Below, piece by piece: positions 37,109 through 45,537 of a stretch of 64,000 bases of DNA. A model generated the notes under the pieces. The model did not search any database. It worked only from the letters and a program-made list of their open reading frames with translations, and had not been told where the DNA came from. Numbering within the stretch: the stretch's first letter is position 1; each line of letters starts with the position of its first letter. The stretch is taken from the NCBI GenBank assembly GCA_964632215.1, contig CAZWBG010000001.1, positions 110,589 to 174,588 on the forward strand. Direction: 5' to 3'. The DNA comes from an uncultured Candidatus Saccharibacteria bacterium. GTDB taxonomy: Bacteria; Patescibacteriota; Saccharimonadia; Saccharimonadales; UBA7683. The position numbers were made by a program, and so were the translations under genes.

Positions 37109-37138
37109 ATTATAACACGTAATGTGCGCATATGTCAA
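37109..37138 (-). promoter_or_regulatory. near-consensus sigma70-type promoter (TTGACA-N18-TGtTATAAT)
   Basis: On the minus strand, TTGACA is at 37138-37133 and TATAAT at 37114-37109, preceded by TGT. It points toward the 36922 gene, implying a leader of about 180 nt. Confidence 0.5.
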
Positions 37139-37168
37139 TATATACCAGATGAATGATAAGGTAGTGGT

Positions 37169-37678
37169 TCACTTTTTCTGGGCCCGCCAAATTTCGCTTT
37201 TCTGAATTCCGCGCCTAACAATTACGAATTCGCCACGAACTATGTCGGTAGCTGCAAGTACTGGTACGGGTATTGTATCTAGAGTAAACCCAGCAATTTC
37301 TGCTGCTTCTTCTAAGATGCTCGGTGGCGTGTAAACGTCTTCGTTAGAGTAGGTAATGGTTTGAACTTCAGGCGTATCGCCCAGAGTTGTGGCCTCCATT
37401 TCACTCATCGTAGCAATGGCACGTGCAAACAGGCCTCCCGAAGCCGTGATGCTTTTCAGCAATTGCTCGTACTGGATATATAGAGGTTGCTTGTCTTGCA
37501 TCGTTTCGGGATGGTTTTTGACCATGTACTCATACTTTCTTTGGCCTCGGGTCTTAAGAGTCTCATGTATTTCTTTGGTCGCCCCGTAAATTTCTACAGC
37601 CCACCAGCTTCCCACTGCTTGGTGTGGTGTATCGATATCGCTGCCAAGTGGTATGCTATCAATCTCATTTCTACTCAT
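37169..37678 (-). CDS. hypothetical protein (169 aa)
   Basis: Clean ORF with ordinary composition. A consensus promoter abuts its ATG. Confidence 0.55.
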   Translation of the reverse strand: MSRNEIDSIPLGSDIDTPHQAVGSWWAVEIYGATKEIHETLKTRGQRKYEYMVKNHPETMQDKQPLYIQYEQLLKSITASGGLFARAIATMSEMEATTLGDTPEVQTITYSNEDVYTPPSILEEAAEIAGFTLDTIPVPVLAATDIVRGEFVIVRRGIQKSEIWRAQKK

Positions 37679-37686
37679 AATTACAT

Positions 37687-37716
37687 ATTATACCACGTAA
37701 AATATATTAGTGTCAA
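37687..37716 (-). promoter_or_regulatory. consensus promoter TTGACA-N18-TGgTATAAT, 8 nt from the ATG (leaderless)
   Basis: The minus strand reads TTGACActaatatattttacgTGgTATAATatgtaattATG. Confidence 0.55.
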
Positions 37717-37794
37717 TTTACACCAGATAAGGATAGACAGGAATATCGATATTCAAATAGTAGTTACCAGCTATCAAGTATGTTGCGCAGTAGC

Positions 37795-38304
37795 TTAGAG
37801 AGCAGCTTCGAGGGCGCCCCATTCGACGTCGCTATCGTCTTCTGGAAGCATGATACTTACCTGGTCACCAACTTGCGCCTTAAAGTAGGTTACGCTCGCA
37901 AGAAGTACACGGTATTCTTTACCGGCAACATCTACGAAATAGCCACCATCGTGCTGCACGAGTGTACCAATAACCTGTTTTCGAGGTATAGGGCCAATTT
38001 GTTTGTAAATAAATGCACCATCATCAGCAATGGTGAGTTTTAGGATGTCGCCCTGCACTAACTTAGATTTACTCGCATAGTTAGCAGGTACTGGATATGT
38101 TTTTCCATCTGGGCCGAGCATGTTTTGGCCATCAAAGACACCCTCTATAATTTTACCGGCTACCTCTTCACGCTGTGAGTTGGCAAGCACCGGATCTTCG
38201 CCTACAAGACTCGTGAGCAGTTCGCGGGCTGCTGCAAGACTTGTTTCGGCCTCAGTTAATAACGCTTTTAGGCGCTTTACTTGTTTCTCTGGTAGTTCTG
38301 TCAT
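37795..38304 (-). CDS. hypothetical protein (169 aa), coiled-coil N-terminus + beta-rich C-terminal domain
   Basis: SD TAAGGG 8 nt upstream. No family recognised. Confidence 0.55.
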   Translation of the reverse strand: MTELPEKQVKRLKALLTEAETSLAAARELLTSLVGEDPVLANSQREEVAGKIIEGVFDGQNMLGPDGKTYPVPANYASKSKLVQGDILKLTIADDGAFIYKQIGPIPRKQVIGTLVQHDGGYFVDVAGKEYRVLLASVTYFKAQVGDQVSIMLPEDDSDVEWGALEAAL

Positions 38305-38450
38305 CTGATAAACCCTTACTTTTTATTTAACTCGCATCTATCCCTGTCACATTAGCATGTTGTATAAAATGTGTCAAATAGTTTTCCACACCCCTACGCC
38401 AAGGCTACGGGGCGCAGGCGCGACCCCTAGAGTACAGTGAATATACATAC

Positions 38451-38481
38451 AAAAAGACCACCCCCTTGCGGGAATGGTCTT
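38451..38481 (-). terminator. intrinsic terminator of rplL
   Basis: The minus strand reads AGACCAUUCCC-GCAA-GGGGGUGGUCU followed by UUUUUG, 19 nt after the rplL stop. Confidence 0.8.
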
Positions 38482-38499
38482 CTGTATAGCTTAAAAGTA

Positions 38500-38910
38500 T
38501 TAGGCTAGTTCTACTGTTGCGCCAGCCTCTTCAAGGGCTTTTTTAGCAGCTTCAGCTTCTTCTTTGTTAGCTTTTTCTTTGATAGCCTTAGGTGCGCCAT
38601 CAACGAGTGCTTTTGCTTCACCAAGTCCAAGACCAGTGATTTCTTTTACAGCTTTGATAACTGCTACTTTTTGTGCACCAGCATCTTTAAGAATAACGTC
38701 AAATTCGCTCTTCTCGTCTGCTGCACCAGCATCGCCACCATCAGCTGGAGCTGCGGCAACTGCTGCGGCTGGAGCTGCGGCACTTACGCCCCAGTACTCT
38801 TCAAGGAACTTTACGAACTTACTGATTTCAAGTGCTGTCATCTTGTCGAGTTCAGCTACGATTTTTTCAAATTCTTTTGGGGTAGCTACAGTTGTAGTTT
38901 CATCTGCCAT
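38500..38910 (-). CDS. rplL: 50S ribosomal protein L7/L12
   Basis: Ala-rich hinge ([13 protein letters not shown]). C-terminal domain [28 protein letters not shown]. Confidence 0.95.
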   Translation of the reverse strand: MADETTTVATPKEFEKIVAELDKMTALEISKFVKFLEEYWGVSAAAPAAAVAAAPADGGDAGAADEKSEFDVILKDAGAQKVAVIKAVKEITGLGLGEAKALVDGAPKAIKEKANKEEAEAAKKALEEAGATVELA

Positions 38911-38957
38911 GGTTGAATCCTTTCAGGATTAGTTAAATATATTGAACAGACCGAGTA

Positions 38958-39494
38958 TTATGAATTACCCAGTGCGTCTGCTCGGGAATTGAGTACGTTA
39001 AGTACTCCACGAACGTTGCCAGCCAGTACATTGACGAAACCGCTGAGCGGTGCGTTGATTGTGCCAACCAACTGTGCACGAAGCTGATCTTTGCTAGGAA
39101 GACTCGCGAGCATTTTCATGTCGTCAGCACTTAAAAGTGTGCCGTCATTACTTATACCACCTACCATTTGTAGGGCGGGTTGTTCTTTTGCAAAACGAGC
39201 TAGTACTTGTGCAGGCGCAACTTCGTCATCTGCATTGGTTGCATAGAGAAGCTGGCCAGTGAATGCTGAGAGATCAGTATCTTTAAGTGCATCGATACGA
39301 CTTGCTGCGAGGCGAAGCAAACGGTTCTTGACTACTTTAACAGTAGTACCTTGTTCGCTTGCGTTACGTCGCAGTTTTTGAAGATCTTTTACACTTACAT
39401 CTTTATACTGAGCAATAGCAATCAACTTTGCGCTTTGTAAAAGCTCAACAACTTCGGCAACAATTACTTCTTTTTGTTCACGACTTAGTGCCAT
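38958..39494 (-). CDS. rplJ: 50S ribosomal protein L10
   Basis: 178 aa. MALSREQKEVIVAEV...DVSVKDLQKLR. Confidence 0.95.
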   Translation of the reverse strand: MALSREQKEVIVAEVVELLQSAKLIAIAQYKDVSVKDLQKLRRNASEQGTTVKVVKNRLLRLAASRIDALKDTDLSAFTGQLLYATNADDEVAPAQVLARFAKEQPALQMVGGISNDGTLLSADDMKMLASLPSKDQLRAQLVGTINAPLSGFVNVLAGNVRGVLNVLNSRADALGNS

Positions 39495-39698
39495 AAACGC
39501 TCCTTTTGTTACCGTTAGTGTTGTTCGACCGATTTGTTAAGTTTCAAAGACAAATAAAAAGTCTTTGGTTCTCGCATTACCAAAGACATTACAGATAAAA
39601 ACAATTGTTTGTTTCACTGCCTCGATAGGTCTTATGGAGTGCCTACTGTCTGGGGTAATGATCTCCAGTAGTGTACAGGAGCCCACTACTGATGTCAA
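39495..39698 (-). promoter_or_regulatory. rplJ promoter plus ~170-nt leader with an internal terminator hairpin (L10-leader-like attenuator)
   Basis: On the minus strand, TTGACA (39698-39693), N17, TACACT (39675-39670). The leader contains GUCUUUGG-UAAUGCGAGAA-CCAAAGAC followed by UUUUUAUUU (39587-39552), about 55 nt before the rplJ SD AAAAGGAG. Confidence 0.45.
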
Positions 39699-39724
39699 GA
39701 GGTGCCAAAACGACACTCCTGCTA

Positions 39725-39754
39725 TTGACATAACTACCATAAGCATGTTATAGT
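39725..39754 (+). promoter_or_regulatory. consensus promoter TTGACA-N18-TGtTATAGT, 8 nt from the ATG of the GGDEF gene (leaderless)
   Basis: TTGACA at 39725-39730, TATAGT at 39749-39754, ATG at 39763. Back-to-back with the rplJ promoter. Confidence 0.55.
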
Positions 39755-39762
39755 AAAATATA

Positions 39763-40680
39763 ATGATAGAAGTAAATCCACCAACTGCAGGCCAGCCAGA
39801 ACTTGATCGCCCAAATGGCTTGTCAGGTGATGTTCACTACAGTTACGACCATCGGCAACCTCCACTACGTGGCTTAAGTAATTATGGTGATCTCGTTGGG
39901 TACATAGATCTCAGTGATGTAAATCAACCAGATCATCCATTACTTCGCGAACGAGTTGAAGACCGTAGAGTTCTACATAAACACGGCACCTCAGTAGTTC
40001 AGATGTATAGTGCTGGCTTGGCTAGGGGCAGGCGCGAGGTACGCAGTCAACTTGAGAAGGCAGAGCTCGAGGAAAGACTTATGCAGGCGGAGGTACGGAA
40101 CCGCTGTGATGCAAAATTCGATTTTATATTGAACGACACAGGTATGTCGGAAATGTTTGACTACATGCAAGATAATCGCGATGCTGATGATAAGGTGGTC
40201 TTGCTGTTTTTGGATATTAACCTGTTCGGTAAGCTCAATAAAGAGATAGGCCACTTAGCTGGAGATAATGTTTTAGCTCAATTTGCGAGAGAGCTTGTAG
40301 ATAGTATACGGCAAGGAGACGCCGTGGGTCGGCACGGTGGTGATGAATTTATGATATTACTCAACCTTGGTTCAATGGAGGCGCAGCAGCTAGAGCAGTT
40401 ACTTGCAAGAATTACTAGAAGTAGAAGACTCGCTTACCGAGATGCCGACGGTCGCTACGGGACTACCGAAGTGAAGAGCAGTACAGGTTATACTGATGTT
40501 GAGCCTGGTGATACTTATAGCGAGGCCCTAGAGCGTGCGAACTATGCCACGAGATATATCAAAGATAATTGTGGTGGCTCGGGGTTGGGCAGGAGAAATC
40601 GTGGCAGTAAAGAAGTAGTTGTGACGAATAACCCACTACCGAAACGGAAAAGCAGTCGTGCGGTTGACGTACAGCAGTAA
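39763..40680 (+). CDS. GGDEF-domain diguanylate cyclase
   Basis: FLDINLFGKLNKEIGHLAGDNVL...VGRHGGDEFMILL. The N-terminal ~130 aa have no recognisable sensor domain. Confidence 0.85.
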   Translation: MIEVNPPTAGQPELDRPNGLSGDVHYSYDHRQPPLRGLSNYGDLVGYIDLSDVNQPDHPLLRERVEDRRVLHKHGTSVVQMYSAGLARGRREVRSQLEKAELEERLMQAEVRNRCDAKFDFILNDTGMSEMFDYMQDNRDADDKVVLLFLDINLFGKLNKEIGHLAGDNVLAQFARELVDSIRQGDAVGRHGGDEFMILLNLGSMEAQQLEQLLARITRSRRLAYRDADGRYGTTEVKSSTGYTDVEPGDTYSEALERANYATRYIKDNCGGSGLGRRNRGSKEVVVTNNPLPKRKSSRAVDVQQ

Positions 40681-40804
40681 CGGCGTATAATACATTTTTA
40701 TGGTACCTGTGACATCTATTATTGCTATTTTGTGTCGGAGCCTCCGCATGGAGCTTCTGCTTGTACGCACATAGTAGATTGAGTACCTAAATACATTAGA
40801 AAAG

Positions 40805-40845
40805 TAAGGGTTCCTCAGTCTACAAGATGAGGATCCTTTTGTTTC
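40805..40845 (+). terminator. candidate intrinsic terminator
   Basis: AAGGGTTCCTCA-gtctacaaga-TGAGGATCCTTTTGTTT. Confidence 0.5.
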
Positions 40846-40888
40846 TTACTGAGAGATATCGACAGATGTTTTACAGGAAGGAGCAAAT

Positions 40889-41245
40889 ATGCTTTTTCCC
40901 TGCTTCAAGGATTACTCCAAAGAGCAGTCACCTTTCCAAGCTGGAGGTAGTAGATTGTTGACATCGATTATTGAGGAACCTGCTGTGAAAGCTAATGAGA
41001 CCAAAGAGCTCCTCAAAGAGCAGCTTCTCCAGGCGATCAAGAACAAAGGCGGTCGGATTCAGGGGACCAATGCTGAGATCAGAGATAAACTCGGCTGGCA
41101 GGAACTCCCTGTCAACCGATTCCGCAGACTGGTTTGGCATCTGTGCAACGAGAACAAGTTGCGTCATTTCAGACCAAAGACCTACCATCCCCATTCTATG
41201 GATCCGTACAACAGTGTGGGAGTCCATATCTTCGTGGTGGTGTAG
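40889..41245 (+). CDS. hypothetical protein (118 aa)
   Basis: GGAAGGAG lies 6 nt before the ATG. Preferred over the antisense ORF 40928..41323, which lacks any SD. Confidence 0.45.
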   Translation: MLFPCFKDYSKEQSPFQAGGSRLLTSIIEEPAVKANETKELLKEQLLQAIKNKGGRIQGTNAEIRDKLGWQELPVNRFRRLVWHLCNENKLRHFRPKTYHPHSMDPYNSVGVHIFVVV

Positions 41246-41439
41246 TTCTTCCTCTGTCGGTATGGTCGGGCAATAGGTTCTTTTGAACTTAGCTTTTAGC
41301 ATAACGTCGCATGCGTTTTTCAAACCAGAAACGCTCCGTTATTTGCCCGATCATCATAACCTAGTACTTTGGTGCTTGCTGCCTCCAGCTTATTTTTTCA
41401 GAATATTCAATAATATTAGTTTAACGACAGATAATATAT

Positions 41440-41847
41440 TTAATTCGCTCGTAAAACCTCGTGAAGCATTGCATCTAACTCTTCTGTTACTAGTTGAGCT
41501 CTATGTAAGCGAGATGGTTCTCTTGTATTGGGCCAGATGTGATCTCGTACGTTTCCTTCACCAACCACTAAACTGCGAGGTTGTTCACTGAAACTCAGTG
41601 TTTTAACTCTAGAAACTCGAATTGGCTCTTTTGGGGTTGAGGAAATATATTCAAAAGGTGGTAAGGCTAGTTCAAGACGTATGAAATCAGGATTTTCTCT
41701 CAGTGTGGCACCAATAGCCATACCCACTCGCCACCTTAATTCATGCATTGAACCAAACTCAACAAGCACAACGGTGGGTTCTGCTGGATCCAGACGTTGC
41801 CTAAGGTGGTCATATAACTTAGGTAGTGGGTACGGGCGCAATTCCAT
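41440..41847 (-). CDS. hypothetical protein (135 aa) distal in the dcd / tmk-thyX operon
   Basis: The ATG is 7 nt after the thyX stop. No motif recognised. Confidence 0.5.
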   Translation of the reverse strand: MELRPYPLPKLYDHLRQRLDPAEPTVVLVEFGSMHELRWRVGMAIGATLRENPDFIRLELALPPFEYISSTPKEPIRVSRVKTLSFSEQPRSLVVGEGNVRDHIWPNTREPSRLHRAQLVTEELDAMLHEVLRAN

Positions 41848-41854
41848 AGACTAA

Positions 41855-44173
41855 TTATTTGAGTTGACTAAGCTTGAACTGAGTGGCACGTTCAGCGGCT
41901 AGGCGCGTAAGAGCGGGGTCTTCCCCTTTGTTGACGAATATCATTGCTTCGCCAATAAGCGGGTGTGCCTCAAGAATTTTGTCGTGCATTTGTTTGGCTA
42001 ATTTGCGATAGCCTGGGTGACCTTGCGGGCTTGTTCGGAGTTCCATAAAGTGGAATGCTTCACGAGCATTCATAGTGATCTTCCACCGCATTCTGTGTCC
42101 GAGTAATGTGGCGTATTGAGCCTCCAGCTGGTAGCCGTTATCCCACAGTTCGCGGTACAGGTTCATGCTCAACTCGAAACAGCTGTCAAAGAGATCTTCC
42201 AGACCCGCCTCAGTGACAAGCGAGGGTGTTTCATAGCCATAATGAGGGCTCAGCGCCTGCCATTCTAGGCTGTCTACCATGCGGTGACGTTGAAGATCAC
42301 GGAAAATGCCATAATCACAGATGAGGTCAAAGCTATAATGAGCGATCTCTAGTGCTCTACCAGGCTTATGACGGCGATTCAGGCGCTCGCCGATATAGGC
42401 GGCGAAAGCGTTCTGTTTTTCATCGTAGGACCATTTACTAAGCTCTTGATCGAGCTCACTTAGGCTTAGGGTGCTTTGTTCGTAGAGCATGTGTGGTAGA
42501 AGATCAAATTCATTTTTGGGCCATACACTAGCAAGCTTTACGTGATCATCACCATTACCTTTGATCGGCTGTAAGCCGTAGGTGTGGCTGATATCTGCGA
42601 TCTTCTCACGTGTATTACTTCGGTAAGCCACCCAAGCACCACCGCGATCTGGCTTGTCTGCCCGCTCCAAGAAGGTCGGTACTACTTTCCGAGCCTCTTG
42701 TAGCAGGCTCTCACCTGTTGTGCGAGATTCATCGAATTCATCGCTTATGAGGTGCATGATGAGGCTCTCGAGAGCCTGTCCGCTGGCAAATACCCCAACG
42801 GTAGATTTGGTGGCAACAGGCAATACCATCCGCACGGCATCACAAGCTTGAGCTCGCGTAGCGGCCTTCCAGGCGCCGTCGCGCTTGTCTTGTGGCTCGC
42901 TTGATTTGCTGCGGACATACTCGGTGAGTTTATGTACGAGGTTTGAGTAGGTATCAAAAAGCTGTGTGAGCTGTTGGTTGTATAGCTTGGTTGTTTTCTT
43001 GTCTAGGGTTCTGGGTGTGTAATATTTGTAGTTTCCCTTTTCATCTTTTTGATCGAAGAAGATGTATCTGGTTGATTGTTCGAGATACGCGGCGAGTCTA
43101 CCCCATTCAAGTTTTTTGGTAAGTAAGTTGCTGGCGCCTTCTATGACGAAGTGCGTGCCTGAAAGTTGCTGTACGCTATCGTCGCCATATGCTGTAATGA
43201 CGCGCTTGAGTAGATCTTTATCCTTACCTTCATTTTCTGCGAACTCATCTAAAATGGTTACGCGCATATCATCCCCACGTCGTGAGAGTCGGGCCATGGC
43301 GGCCGCAACCGTGGCACTACTGATCTTGTCTGTGAATACGTAGACCGGCTTGTCTGTATTCGTCACGGCTTCACTTAAGTACTTTTCACCTTCTTTGGTG
43401 ATTGAGTAGCTACCATTTTCATTCTTGATAATGTAGGGGTTAGCAACTTTCTGGGGTGCAAAGACCTCTTTTGCAGATACTTGCTTCTGACTCTTACGAA
43501 GTTTCTTAAGCATAGGTTGAATCCTTTCCCAGATAATATTGTTGATAGTGGGTATACTCATCAGTTCACCGTGTTGTATACATTTAATATGTGTGAAATC
43601 TTCTGGATATAGTTCGCACAGCTCTTTATAGGTTGCATTAGCTCTCTGTAGGTGATTCTGGTCAGTATCATGGATATCTTTTTCTTGCGCGTCACCGCGT
43701 TTTTCGATAAGAGTCACTGCTACCTCCGCAGGCACGCTGAGTACAAGGTTCAGGTCTGGTTTTGGAATGCCAAGCATGTCAAATTCAAGCTGGTCAAGCC
43801 AGTTGTAGTATGCGAGCCGAGTTGATTTATCATCTATTTTTTGGCCTTGATGTGCTTTGTTGGCGGCAATATAACGATCGGCTATTACTACGTATCCCTC
43901 ATTCATCCATCCACGTATAAGTGGCCCGGCATCGAATCTGTCAAGTGCGTAAAATAACGAAGGCGTATAGGGGCCGAGCTCGTTTGCATTGCCGTAATCA
44001 CCTCTTAAGTATTTACGTACAAAATATGAAGACTCTTCTTCGTAGCGTGGAAACTTAATTTTTTTAACTCTATGCCCTTCGGCCTTGAGTCTCTCTATAA
44101 GTAATTTATATTGAGTAGACTTACCAGATCCATCAGAACCCTCTATAACGAGAAATAGTCCATTTTTTTCCAT
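41855..44173 (-). CDS. tmk-thyX: fusion protein: dTMP kinase (N-terminal ~225 aa) + tandem-type FAD-dependent thymidylate synthase ThyX (~545 aa)
   Basis: Tmk P-loop FLVIEGSDGSGKST and the DRY-type segment ADRYIAAN. ThyX-like signatures are GRLAAYLEQSTRY (first half), QRHRMVDS (second half), and C-terminal FHFMELRTSPQGHPGYRKLA. Confidence 0.8.
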   Translation of the reverse strand: MEKNGLFLVIEGSDGSGKSTQYKLLIERLKAEGHRVKKIKFPRYEEESSYFVRKYLRGDYGNANELGPYTPSLFYALDRFDAGPLIRGWMNEGYVVIADRYIAANKAHQGQKIDDKSTRLAYYNWLDQLEFDMLGIPKPDLNLVLSVPAEVAVTLIEKRGDAQEKDIHDTDQNHLQRANATYKELCELYPEDFTHIKCIQHGELMSIPTINNIIWERIQPMLKKLRKSQKQVSAKEVFAPQKVANPYIIKNENGSYSITKEGEKYLSEAVTNTDKPVYVFTDKISSATVAAAMARLSRRGDDMRVTILDEFAENEGKDKDLLKRVITAYGDDSVQQLSGTHFVIEGASNLLTKKLEWGRLAAYLEQSTRYIFFDQKDEKGNYKYYTPRTLDKKTTKLYNQQLTQLFDTYSNLVHKLTEYVRSKSSEPQDKRDGAWKAATRAQACDAVRMVLPVATKSTVGVFASGQALESLIMHLISDEFDESRTTGESLLQEARKVVPTFLERADKPDRGGAWVAYRSNTREKIADISHTYGLQPIKGNGDDHVKLASVWPKNEFDLLPHMLYEQSTLSLSELDQELSKWSYDEKQNAFAAYIGERLNRRHKPGRALEIAHYSFDLICDYGIFRDLQRHRMVDSLEWQALSPHYGYETPSLVTEAGLEDLFDSCFELSMNLYRELWDNGYQLEAQYATLLGHRMRWKITMNAREAFHFMELRTSPQGHPGYRKLAKQMHDKILEAHPLIGEAMIFVNKGEDPALTRLAAERATQFKLSQLK

Positions 44174-44174
44174 T

Positions 44175-44861
44175 CTACAACTCCCTTGGCCTTACTCTTT
44201 TGTCTTTATGGGCACGAGGCAACATTTGTTGTGGCCTCCAAGAACGGATTAAGCCCGGAAGGTCATCTGCGGAAGACTCTTGGTACTTTCCTGAAAGGTC
44301 AGAGTATTCACTCTCAACTTCACCAGTCTCATGGAAGACCATTTGTGCGATACGCTCGCCTACCGGTAGTACAACGCTGTGGTGTTGATTCATATTGTAT
44401 ATCTCCATAGTCCAACGATTGATGTACCCTGGATCACCCCAACCGGCGTCAAGACATACGGCTACACCATTGCGACCCCAAGTACTTCGAGCTTGCATGG
44501 TGCTGGTGCCTGGAGCCTTAATTCCTATAAATTCGTGAGTATGAGCAAGTATTCGTTCGCCTGGACCCAAGATAATAATTGGATGATCGGCGGGAATATT
44601 GGGTAACATACGTACACCGTGAGCTTCACACCATTGTTTATGATTTTTTGCCTGGTGTGGGCCATCGAAGTATTGATGAACATCGTGTTCATCAAAAGGA
44701 TTGTAGATAGTACTGTTAGTATTTCGCTCTGTGCGGTAGTACCACTCTCCAAGGCTAACATCAACACTACTGCCGTTAATGTGATGCTCTATATAAGGAT
44801 AGAAGACAATATGCCCTGTAGAAATAGCCTCTTTAATTTGTATATTACTGTAGACCCCCAC
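44175..44861 (-). CDS. dcd: dCTP deaminase family protein (possibly bifunctional dCTP deaminase/dUTPase)
   Basis: GTG 44861 is preceded by GGAGG with a 5-nt spacer. NIQIKEAISTGHIVFYP..., GSSVDVSLG, ARSTWGRNG and GWGDPGY follow the Dcd pattern. The stop is 1 nt before the tmk-thyX ATG (TAGAATG). Confidence 0.8.
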   Translation of the reverse strand: MGVYSNIQIKEAISTGHIVFYPYIEHHINGSSVDVSLGEWYYRTERNTNSTIYNPFDEHDVHQYFDGPHQAKNHKQWCEAHGVRMLPNIPADHPIIILGPGERILAHTHEFIGIKAPGTSTMQARSTWGRNGVAVCLDAGWGDPGYINRWTMEIYNMNQHHSVVLPVGERIAQMVFHETGEVESEYSDLSGKYQESSADDLPGLIRSWRPQQMLPRAHKDKRVRPREL

Positions 44862-44967
44862 TGATTCCTCCGTGTATTCTGCGGGCCCACCTTCCGCGTT
44901 TCTAGGCCTTAGTATAGCAAATGAATCACGAGCATGTATACTGATTGTGGAATAAATAGGAGGTATT

Positions 44968-45537
44968 ATGGCAAGAGTTGTGGAAGTTATATCTGAAGAT
45001 AGGCTTATCGAGCAAGTACGAGGAGTTACGTTGTTTAAGGATCCATCTGTAAAGCCATATGAAAATGCCAAGATTGATATTAGATCGATTGACCTTTCTG
45101 AGGTACGCCCTACGACGCTGTATGTACTGCGCCAGAACCTAGAGATTCAACGTAGGCTTGCGGCTTCATTGGGTGATCAAGGACATGACCCGCTTAGCTT
45201 AGAGGGCGCACTCATGCTTGATGATGGGATAAATCAGATGGGCCTAACCCCACCTTTAGTGGAGGTTGACCAAGAACATGGACCTTGTCTGATAGATGGA
45301 GCGCATCGAGTGTATATTGGGCGTGAAACAGGCCGTAGGGTTATCAGGGCTTTATATATTGATGGTACAAATCCAGATCACCCTATATACGCATATCCGA
45401 ATGATTGGGAACATATTCTTGAATATGACAATGTTCCAGGTGATCCAGCGCTTAAGAAGCACTATCGTAATGATAATCCAGTTGCACTTTACCGCGATTT
45501 CAGCCAGATAAACGGCTCGGTTATGAGGCAAGCTTAA
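44968..45537 (+). CDS. ParB/sulfiredoxin-fold domain protein
   Basis: TAGGAGG SD. IDIRSIDLSEVRPTTLYV...PCLIDGAHRVYIGRETG resembles the ParB-N/Srx DGxHR core. Confidence 0.5.
   Translation: MARVVEVISEDRLIEQVRGVTLFKDPSVKPYENAKIDIRSIDLSEVRPTTLYVLRQNLEIQRRLAASLGDQGHDPLSLEGALMLDDGINQMGLTPPLVEVDQEHGPCLIDGAHRVYIGRETGRRVIRALYIDGTNPDHPIYAYPNDWEHILEYDNVPGDPALKKHYRNDNPVALYRDFSQINGSVMRQA

Noticed and set aside
36449-37115. Several long overlapping ORFs on both strands (36449-36769 +, 36549-36950 -, 36645-36908 +, 36909-37115 +, and the 149-aa version of 36575-37024 -).
   Set aside because: The region is G+C-rich, which suppresses stop codons in all frames. Only the minus frame starting at ATG 36922 has an SD and clean TM helices. 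The others are Arg/Ser/Pro-rich with no start signals.
38564-38932. Ala/Ser-rich plus-strand ORFs antisense to rplL.
   Set aside because: This is the typical antisense shadow of the Ala/Glu/Lys-rich L7/L12 gene.
36982-40839. 13-nt identical string ACAAGATGAGGAT at 36982-36994 and 40827-40839.
   Set aside because: Several 13-mer coincidences are expected by chance in 64 kb. The flanks do not align.
40928-41323. 131-aa minus-strand ORF overlapping 40889-41245 (+).
   Set aside because: It has no SD or promoter-like element at its start, whereas the plus-strand ORF has GGAAGGAG 6 nt upstream. Neither ORF has a recognisable family, so this choice remains uncertain.
44862-45071. 70-codon N-terminal extension of the dcd ORF (from ATG 45071).
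   Set aside because: It overlaps the SD-preceded ParB/Srx-like gene on the other strand and adds Ser/Thr/Ile-rich sequence not found in Dcd. GTG 44861 has a perfect GGAGG and gives the canonical N-terminus.
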